64,000 nt of DNA, taken from NCBI GenBank assembly GCA_963836235.1, contig CAWIIP010000004.1, positions 352,001 through 416,000 of the forward strand, written 5' to 3'. The DNA comes from an uncultured Pseudomonadota bacterium. GTDB taxonomy: Bacteria > Oederibacteriota > Muellerivitia > Muellerivitales > Muellerivitaceae. Made by a program: the position numbers and the translations under genes. Positions 10,616-18,421 of the stretch are shown piece by piece. Within the stretch, counting starts at the first letter, position 1, and each line of letters opens with the position of its first letter. The notes below the pieces were generated by a model that was not told where the DNA came from, searched no databases, and worked only from the letters and a program-made list of their open reading frames with translations.

Positions 10616-11419
10616 ATGAGCCTGTCGGGAAGAAAAAAAGTCCGCCGTTTTTTACACGAGCGCCGCAACCGACGGATTCAAAAGACGAAAACCTTTCCAA
10701 CCGCCAATGGCGAAAAAGAAACGCCCGAATTCGCCCCTATCGACTTCGATAAATACAAAGACCAATATCAAAAGGAAGTCCAGGATTCGATTTCCTTCAT
10801 CGGCCAAAAGCTTGATTTCTTTATCGAAAAAAAAGCCCAACATCTCTGGAACCTGGCGAAAAAACACGTGGGGGATCCGGCAAAACTGAAAATCCTGGAC
10901 GTGGGATGCGGCATCGGGATTACGGACCAGTATTTAACCAGCCACTTTGGGAAGGTCTATGGGTTGGATATCGCCAAGGGGCTGGTCCAAAAGGCGGCCA
11001 AGCTTAATCCCAAGGCTTCCTACAAAGCCTATAACGGGCGGGTCTTGCCTTTTCCCAATCATTCCATGGATTTGACTTTCGCGATCTGCGTCCTCCACCA
11101 TGTTCCCCCGGAAAATTGGAACGGTTTTGTTCGGGAGTTGGTGAGGGTCACCCGGAAGGGCGGGTTGGTGGTCATTATGGAACATAATCCCTTGAACCCC
11201 CTGACGAACCGCGCGGTCAATCATTGTGAACTGGACAATGACGCCATCCTCCTGCGAATGGCCAAGACCAGCCGGCTGATTTCCCGAAGGGATATCCCGG
11301 TTCTCGAAAAACGGTTCATTTTTTTCACCCCCTTCGGGGGAAAGTTTTTCGGATGGGTGGATAGCGCGCTGGGGTGGCTTCCCTTGGGCGCCCAATATTA
11401 CGTCGCGGGCCAAGTATGA
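10616..11419 (+). CDS. Class I SAM-dependent methyltransferase
   Basis: LDVGCGIG, VLHHVP, EHNPLNP; ATG at 10616 follows AAGGA. Confidence 0.82.
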   Translation: MSLSGRKKVRRFLHERRNRRIQKTKTFPTANGEKETPEFAPIDFDKYKDQYQKEVQDSISFIGQKLDFFIEKKAQHLWNLAKKHVGDPAKLKILDVGCGIGITDQYLTSHFGKVYGLDIAKGLVQKAAKLNPKASYKAYNGRVLPFPNHSMDLTFAICVLHHVPPENWNGFVRELVRVTRKGGLVVIMEHNPLNPLTNRAVNHCELDNDAILLRMAKTSRLISRRDIPVLEKRFIFFTPFGGKFFGWVDSALGWLPLGAQYYVAGQV

Positions 11420-12567
11420 TCATCTTGAGCTGGCGTTTAACCACGCTCGGGCAAACACTGGAGGCGCTGAATTCAACGGGCGTTCCCTTGGTGGCGAAGT
11501 CGGGAGGCCGTTTTTTCGCGTCCGGGTTCACGGATGACCTGGGGATTTATTATTTCGTCCCCGAGCTGGCCAAGGGGCTGGGCCTTCCCCTCCAAACCGC
11601 CCTCAACCTATTCCTGTTAACTTTTATCCTTTCGGGATGGCTTTTAGGAAGTTACGGTTTTCTTAGAATTTTCAAGAATGCTACGGCCCGCCTTTTATCG
11701 GTGGCGGGCTTGTTTCTCCTGGCCTACCTGGCTTTCGCCAAAATTTCAGACGTTTATGTGGTCATGATGTTCGCGGTGACGGCTTTTGTCCCCAACTTCA
11801 TCGCTTTTTCCCGGTCGGGCGAAAGGGACTGGAAAAAATTACTGCCTTGGTTCACCTTAGGCGGCCTGGTATTGGGTTATTGCAACTTTATCCGTAGCCA
11901 AGCCGGCACGGGCATCGTGCTGTTTCTTTTCGTTTGGCTGATCCTCAACCACTCAATTTCCTGGAAGGGCAAGGCGGCTTTCTTTTTCGTTCTTTTGGTT
12001 TGCTTCCGCCTTCCCACCCTGCAATTCAAAATGATGGAAAAAACCAGGGATGCTTTTCTTGAAGAGGCCGTTTCCCAATACCGGCCCCTGAACATCCGCC
12101 ATCCCTTTTGGCACAGCGTCTATATCGGGCTGGGCTATCTTCCAAATAAATACGGCATCGAATACCGGGACGGATCTGCCTCCGATAAGGTGGCCTCCAT
12201 AGACCCGAAAGCGGCCTATTGCTCCCCTGAGTATGAAAAAATCCTAAAAGCCTCGACGCTGGGAATCGTAAAAACAGACCCATTCTTTTTTTTGAAAACC
12301 GTTCTGTTGAAAGCCCGCAAGATTTTCGGATATTTTTTGGCCTTCGCTAATTTGGGGATTCTTTTTCTTTTCTACGTCCGGCCTTCCTGGCGGGAACTCC
12401 TGCCCATGGCGGCGGGCGGGCTTTTTTATTCACTGCCGGGACTGCTAGTCATCCCCATAAATGCTTACGTTTTAGGCATGATCAGCATGTCGGTTGTCTT
12501 TGGCGTTTACATGGTCAGCTCGGGGCTGGAGAAATATCTCCAGGGCCGGGAGGCGACGAAAGCATGA
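11416..12567 (+). CDS. Polytopic membrane protein, candidate GT-C-fold glycosyltransferase
   Basis: About ten hydrophobic segments, acidic TDDLG motif near N-terminus, large loop with PFWHSVYIGLG; ATGA-coupled to both neighbours. Confidence 0.55.
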   Translation: MIILSWRLTTLGQTLEALNSTGVPLVAKSGGRFFASGFTDDLGIYYFVPELAKGLGLPLQTALNLFLLTFILSGWLLGSYGFLRIFKNATARLLSVAGLFLLAYLAFAKISDVYVVMMFAVTAFVPNFIAFSRSGERDWKKLLPWFTLGGLVLGYCNFIRSQAGTGIVLFLFVWLILNHSISWKGKAAFFFVLLVCFRLPTLQFKMMEKTRDAFLEEAVSQYRPLNIRHPFWHSVYIGLGYLPNKYGIEYRDGSASDKVASIDPKAAYCSPEYEKILKASTLGIVKTDPFFFLKTVLLKARKIFGYFLAFANLGILFLFYVRPSWRELLPMAAGGLFYSLPGLLVIPINAYVLGMISMSVVFGVYMVSSGLEKYLQGREATKA

Positions 12568-13325
12568 AACTCAACGACCGGGTGAGGTCTTACTGGGAAA
12601 AAGAACCCTGCGGGACGGCGGAAGAGATTATCGGCGACGCGAAGCCCCTGAGCCGAAAGTGGTTTGACAGGGTCGAGGAATACCGCTACCAGGTCGAGCC
12701 CTTTATTCCTGATGTGGTGGGTTTTACCCGGTACAAGGGAAAGAAGATTCTGGAGATCGGGGTGGGGGCGGGAACCGACCATCTGCAATGGGCCAAGGCC
12801 GGGGCCAAGTGTTATGGGGTGGATTTGACGGATGCCGCCATCAGGACCACCAGAAAACACCTGGCCTATCACGGGTTAAAATCCAACTTGAGGCGCATTG
12901 ACGCCGAAAAACTGCCCTTCAAGGACAAGACCTTCGACGTGGTCTATTCCTGGGGCGTCATCCACCATTCGGAAAAGCCGGAAGTCATCATCCAGGAAAT
13001 CCGGCGGGTCTTAAAACCCGGCGGGGTTTTTATCGGAATGTTTTACGGCCGCTATTCGGTTTTGACTTTCAAGCGCTGGGTCAAATACGCGCTCTTGAAA
13101 GGCAAGCCCTGGCGGAGTTTTTCGGACGTCATTTGGCACCACATGGAAAGCGTCGGCACCAAGGCCTACACAGTGGAAGAACTTAGGGGTGTTTTTTCGG
13201 GATTCCAAAATTTCGAGGGAACGCAAATTCTGACCTGGCATGACGTCCAAAAGTGGCCAGCTTTTGTGCGAAAATTCCTGCCGGACCGGTGGGGATGGTT
13301 CATTGTGGTTGAGGTAATAAAATAA
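12564..13325 (+). CDS. Class I SAM-dependent methyltransferase
   Basis: LEIGVGAGTD, FDVVYSWGVIHH, LKPGG. Confidence 0.87.
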   Translation: MKLNDRVRSYWEKEPCGTAEEIIGDAKPLSRKWFDRVEEYRYQVEPFIPDVVGFTRYKGKKILEIGVGAGTDHLQWAKAGAKCYGVDLTDAAIRTTRKHLAYHGLKSNLRRIDAEKLPFKDKTFDVVYSWGVIHHSEKPEVIIQEIRRVLKPGGVFIGMFYGRYSVLTFKRWVKYALLKGKPWRSFSDVIWHHMESVGTKAYTVEELRGVFSGFQNFEGTQILTWHDVQKWPAFVRKFLPDRWGWFIVVEVIK

Positions 13326-13411
13326 TTTTTTTGATTAGTACAAAGGATATAATTTGAACCGCTTAAAATGGTTCTTAAAGAAAAAAATAAATTTTATTTT
13401 GAGGTCGTGTT

Positions 13412-14668
13412 ATGAAAAACCTATTATTCCTTATTTTATCCTTGTTTTTTTTTCTTGGCTCCTGTCATAACAGCCCCGTCGTTCCTTCAGGTTCGGTATT
13501 CACTTTGACAGTTCCAAATGATTTTGTAACTTTTGGCGGAAAAGGGAGCGGGACGGGACAATTTCAAAATGATCAAGCGCTTGCTGTGGATTCAATTCAC
13601 GGTTTTATTTATGTTTCTGATTTCACTTTGAATGTGATTCAAAAATTCGATTTGACTGGAAATTATAAACTGGAATGGACCAATGGATTAATCGCACCTT
13701 TAGGTGTTGCGGTCGACGCGGATGGAAATGTTTTTGTTTCAGATGCGGGAAGTCATAGTGATGTGGTGAAATTTGATCCGAATGGAACTGTAATAGCTGT
13801 TATCGGAACTCCGGGTGGCGGGACTGGCGCCAATCAGATGCAAATTCCTGTCGGCCTTACGCTGGACGGAAAAGGACTTCTTTACGTAGCTGATTCAGGA
13901 AACAATCGTCTGGATTTATTTGATACTGGCAATTACCAATCCGTTACTCAATGGGGTGGAACGGGGTTGAGCTGTAACGGAAGTCTGTTAAACCATCCTC
14001 AGCATGTTGCTGTTGACGGTAATGGGTACGTTTATGTTACGGATGGCAATAATAACCGAGTTGAAAAATTTGATACCAATGGAAATTTCATCATGCATTG
14101 GGGAAGTTGCGTTCCCGGTAGTGGGAATGGACAATTCAATGGTCCGGTTGGAATAGCAATTGATTCGGACGACGTAATTTATGTTACTGATGATAATAAT
14201 AACCGCGTGGAAAAATTTGACAGCACTGGAAATTATATTTCGCAATTTGGAAGTAGTGCGCCGGTTGCTGGCGGAAAGTTGGGACAATTCAACTTTCCTT
14301 TAGGGCTGGGGTTGGATGGTAGTGGTAATCTTTATGTCGCGGATTCAGGTAATCAACGGGTTGAAATTATTTATCAGCCAAATAATTATGTTGGATTAAA
14401 TACTATTGGTATTTTTCCAAATCCAATACGTAGTGGTGAGAATGCTGAGATTGCCTTTCAACTTGGGACTTCCCTGAGTTTTTCTATTACAATTCAGGAC
14501 GACAATGGAATCCAGGTTGCTCAGTATCAAGGGAATGGAGTCTCGGGGGACAATATTCTCATCTGGAACATGACCGACAACGGCAAGCTTGTTAATTCGG
14601 GAGTTTATTTTGTTGTTTTCCAATCAGGGAATACTAAAGTTACTACGAAATTAACTTATCTCCCTTAG
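13412..14668 (+). CDS. NHL-repeat beta-propeller lipoprotein with C-terminal T9SS-CTD/FlgD-Ig-like domain
   Basis: Lipobox LGSC; six repeats of P.G.A.D..G..YV.D..N.RV.KFD..G; tail IFPNP...NSGVYF...TKL; AT-rich. Confidence 0.8.
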   Translation: MKNLLFLILSLFFFLGSCHNSPVVPSGSVFTLTVPNDFVTFGGKGSGTGQFQNDQALAVDSIHGFIYVSDFTLNVIQKFDLTGNYKLEWTNGLIAPLGVAVDADGNVFVSDAGSHSDVVKFDPNGTVIAVIGTPGGGTGANQMQIPVGLTLDGKGLLYVADSGNNRLDLFDTGNYQSVTQWGGTGLSCNGSLLNHPQHVAVDGNGYVYVTDGNNNRVEKFDTNGNFIMHWGSCVPGSGNGQFNGPVGIAIDSDDVIYVTDDNNNRVEKFDSTGNYISQFGSSAPVAGGKLGQFNFPLGLGLDGSGNLYVADSGNQRVEIIYQPNNYVGLNTIGIFPNPIRSGENAEIAFQLGTSLSFSITIQDDNGIQVAQYQGNGVSGDNILIWNMTDNGKLVNSGVYFVVFQSGNTKVTTKLTYLP

Positions 14669-14707
14669 AAAATTTGAAAAGAATTTATTCAACTTTGTGA
14701 GAGTGCG

Positions 14708-15604
14708 ATGAATTATTTATTAAAATGGTCCATCATCCTTTTTTCTTTTTTTTCTTGGATTAATTTTGCCTTGGCAAATCCGGCAACTTACTTGGATTTG
14801 GATCCTGCGGCCAGACCATCGGGTATGGGTTCTGCTTTTACAGCTTTAGCCGATGACGGGAACGCAACTTTGTTCAATCCCGCCGGATTAACTAATATGG
14901 GAACAAACCAGTTGGAGGCTACCGGTTCTTACGGTTTTTTAACTCAGGGTCGTTTTCATAATTCCTTGAGCGTTTCCCAACAACTACCTCCCAACAGCTA
15001 TATCGGATACGACTTGATTGAATATGGAGTAGGCCAAATTATAGGTGCCGATATTGATGGGTTTCCTACATCAAATTTTACCGATCTTGAATTGGCGTTC
15101 CGATGCTCCTATGCCTACGAATTGGATTACAATTTCAAAGTAGGTATCACAGCAAGTTTCCTTTATGAAAATGTGGACAATGTAAAGGCACCCGGTTTTG
15201 GGGGAGTTGATATTGGGTTTCTTTTTGTCCCATCCACTATGTACGACCTCACCTTCGGCGCAAGTATACGTCATTTAGGTGGCTTTCTCACTTGGGACGC
15301 AGGATACACCGAATACCTAACTCCGGATCTTCGGGTTGGAGTAAGCGAAAAATTATTCGACCAGACCCTCATCCTCTCTTATGACGCGGAAAGCTTGATG
15401 CAGTCCAATCTTACGATAATCAACCATGGAGGCGCGGAGTTGGGATTGGCGAAATTTTTAGCCATCAGGGCAGGAATTGACGATCAAAATCCCACCTTTG
15501 GGGTCTCGCTTAAGTTCTCCGGTTGCAATCTGGATTATTCTTTCGCATTAGAGTCGGACGGACTAGGGAACACCCACCGGGTTGGGGCTGACTTATTTTT
15601 CTAA
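14708..15604 (+). CDS. PorV/PorQ-family (FadL-superfamily) outer-membrane beta-barrel
   Basis: Signal peptide then AARPSGMGSAFTALADDGNATLFNPAGL signature; ends LGNTHRVGADLFF. Confidence 0.8.
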   Translation: MNYLLKWSIILFSFFSWINFALANPATYLDLDPAARPSGMGSAFTALADDGNATLFNPAGLTNMGTNQLEATGSYGFLTQGRFHNSLSVSQQLPPNSYIGYDLIEYGVGQIIGADIDGFPTSNFTDLELAFRCSYAYELDYNFKVGITASFLYENVDNVKAPGFGGVDIGFLFVPSTMYDLTFGASIRHLGGFLTWDAGYTEYLTPDLRVGVSEKLFDQTLILSYDAESLMQSNLTIINHGGAELGLAKFLAIRAGIDDQNPTFGVSLKFSGCNLDYSFALESDGLGNTHRVGADLFF

Positions 15605-15629
15605 AGTTGGTTAAAAACGGGAAACTCAG

Positions 15630-16918
15630 ATGAAAACAAAAATATTTCTCTCCTCTATGCTTCTTTGTTGTCCCTTCCTTTTTCCTGGGCGGATGATTTG
15701 GATTCAACCCCAACTCCCATAACGGTGGATGCTGGAAAGGTTCATAGGGCGAAAGAGTTCTTGGCCCGCGGGAACGATTTTGCGGGCCATGGTTTAACCG
15801 CAAAGGCCAAAGAATACTGGAAGATCGCCTTGAACCTCGATCCCGATCTGACAGAAGCTAAAGATAATTTGGAAAATGCTTCCGGTGAAAAATCCAAACC
15901 GGCGACAAAGTCGGATGAAAACGAAAGGTCTGCTGAATTATTTTCGAAAGCCCAAGACGCTTATGACCGGAAAAACTACGATCTGGCCTTGAAGTATTTA
16001 GCCACGATGGATTCCGTGGCCCCAGGCGATTCCCGCTCCCAAAGACTCCGTGAAAAGATCACGCTTGAGAACTTTCAATTCGATCCCCACCACGACAATG
16101 AAAATCTGATCAAAAATTATTTTGACCAAGCGGTGGAGCTTTATAAGGCAAAAGATTACGAGAAAGCCCTGAAAGTGCTTGGGCAGGCCGAACTGATGGC
16201 GCCGGACCAAATTCAACTTAATGAATTCGAAGCCGTCATCCGGGATGATTACGACAGTATTTGGGCCGGGCAAGAAGTCCAAAGAGCCCGGGAGCAATTG
16301 AAAGATGGGGATAAGGATACGGCCACAGAAACCCTTGATAACGTTCTCAAGCAACAACCCAGTTGTAAGGAAGCTCTAACACTCAAAGCCCAGATGAACA
16401 AAACCGACGACCAGGAAAAAAAGGAAAGCGACCAGGCCGAATTGGATAAGGCCAAAAGGGATGAAGATAAGGATGATTTTACCGACGCTAAAGAGCACTT
16501 TGAAAAAGCCTTGGCGATCAATCCCGATGATCCGGTGGCGCAGGAGGGTTTGAAAAGGGTGAAAGGCCTCATCGATCCGGTCGAGCAAAAATTGGCGGAA
16601 CTTAAAAAGGCATATCAGGCTGGGGATAAAGCGGTGGCTCAGGATGCCCTAAACGAGATCGCTAATCTATCGCCGGATTTTCCAAAACTGGCCTTTTGGA
16701 AAAAGAAAATTGTGGGGATGGAGAGGAAAAAAATAAAGGTGGAGTTAAACCTGGGGCAGGCGGATGCTTTTTATAGTTTAGCCAAAACCGATTACACAAA
16801 TAATGATTTCAAAAAAACAAAGGAAGATTTGCAAGCGGCGCTGGCCTTTAACCCCCAATTCATTCAGGCACAAAATTTTTTGAATGAGTTGCTAGATGAA
16901 CATCCTGACGTGAAATAG
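15630..16918 (+). CDS. Exported TPR protein; 5' end apparently frameshifted by one missing T near 15664-15666
   Basis: Multiple TPRs (ALNLDP, ALAINP, ALAFNP); ATG 15630 gives MKTKIFLSSMLL, which joins LLSLPFSWA|DD only with one extra T. Confidence 0.7.
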
Positions 16919-17232
16919 TCCTCAATCTCTAGCCGTGGCCTTATCCAGAAGCCAAGGGCGGCGAATATCTGGTGTGGTATGGACTATATCTTTTGGCTTT
17001 TGGATTATCGAAACTAAATCGCCAATTTATCCGACAAGGTGGTTGCCTTTTTATTAAATCCCCAGGTTTAACGACCTGTCCCCAAATGTTTGAATTTTTC
17101 AGTGGGGATGGGTGTAAAATATACGCATAGTTCTTCATCAACCCAAGGCTTGCCTGCCTGGGTTCCTTCGTCCAATCAAACATAAAACAATCTTTTTTTT
17201 AATCATCGATTTCAGAATCAGGGGGAAATCTC

Positions 17233-18318
17233 ATGATCGATTTCACGCGCGACAATAACACTAACCCGGTCAAACCCGAAAATTCCGGGGCCGAGGAGGC
17301 GCCGGCTAAGGCCGCTTATTTCTTCCACCGGAAGGGGGACGCTCTTTTTAGTTCCAGCCGGTTCAAAGAAGCCGCGGTCGCTTTCCAAAAGAGTTTGGAC
17401 GCTTACCAAGAATCCGGGGATTCCCAAGGAGCCGCGCTTTGCTTTTTGCGGCTGGGGCGGTCGCTGGAAATCCTGGGCGAATATGGGAAGGCCCGCCAAA
17501 ACTACGAGGAAAGCTTGAGGATTTTCCAGGAATCCCGCGACCCGCAGGGTATGGCGCGAAGCAAAGCCCATTTGGGCAACGTGGGTTGGGCCACGGGCGA
17601 TTACGAGGATGCCTCCAACTTTTTGTGGGAGGCTTTGGCTTTTTACCAGGTGGGTCATGACGTGGCGGGCGAGGCCTGGGTGCGGGATTTGATGGGCAAC
17701 TTGCGGCTGGCCATGCGCGAAGACGGGAAGGCCGAAAGGCATTACCGGTCGGCCTATGCCCTGGCCAAAGAGCTGGGGGACAACCTGACGTTGGAAGCTT
17801 GGAACCATTATCACCTGGGGACGGTGGCGCTTTTCCGGGAGCAAACCGTGGAGGCCCAGGAAGGCTTCACCCAAGCCCTCGAGCTTTTCGTGCGGGTGAA
17901 CGACGATCTGGGGCAAGTGGCCACCCTGGTGCATCTGGGGGAACTGGCCTGCTCCCAGAAAAACCTGGCTGAGGCGGAGGAAGATCTCCGTAAAGCCGTT
18001 CAGATGGTTCTTCCCACCGAATGCAAACCCCTCTTGGCGGACGCCTTGACCGGTGTGGCCCAGATCCTGAAGGCCCAGGGAGAGGAACGCAAGGCCATCT
18101 TTCTGCTCATGGTGGTGCTTTCCCATCCCACCTGCCGGCAACAGACGAAGGACCGGATGGTTGATCTGGTTCTTCGCTTGGAATCGAACTTTACCCGAAC
18201 GGAAGTGGAGGACGGCTTCAAGTGGGCCAAAACCGTGAGCCTGGAAGAAATGGCCTCGTCCTGGTTGTCCGCTTCTTCCGTGAAGGACAAGCCCAAGAAG
18301 AAAAAGAAATCCAAATAA
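17233..18318 (+). CDS. Cytoplasmic TPR_12/MalT-like repeat protein
   Basis: About 40-aa repeats (LG...G.Y..A...YEESL.IF.E..D), no signal peptide, basic tail. Confidence 0.8.
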   Translation: MIDFTRDNNTNPVKPENSGAEEAPAKAAYFFHRKGDALFSSSRFKEAAVAFQKSLDAYQESGDSQGAALCFLRLGRSLEILGEYGKARQNYEESLRIFQESRDPQGMARSKAHLGNVGWATGDYEDASNFLWEALAFYQVGHDVAGEAWVRDLMGNLRLAMREDGKAERHYRSAYALAKELGDNLTLEAWNHYHLGTVALFREQTVEAQEGFTQALELFVRVNDDLGQVATLVHLGELACSQKNLAEAEEDLRKAVQMVLPTECKPLLADALTGVAQILKAQGEERKAIFLLMVVLSHPTCRQQTKDRMVDLVLRLESNFTRTEVEDGFKWAKTVSLEEMASSWLSASSVKDKPKKKKKSK

Positions 18319-18361
18319 AAAACGCCTGTTCGACCTCGCTTTTGCCTCTTTCCAAAAAAAA

Positions 18362-18389
18362 CTGACTTATCTCCCGTTATGGCTATAAT
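18362..18389 (+). promoter_or_regulatory. Putative sigma70 promoter for the asnB operon
   Basis: CTGACT-16 bp-TATAAT, 32 bp before ATG. Confidence 0.5.
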
Positions 18390-18421
18390 TGGCTTTTCCA
18401 TTTTGACCCAAAGGAACTGCC

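Noticed and set aside
14031-14240. Direct DNA repeats in the AT-rich cassette
   Set aside because: Explained by NHL protein repeats
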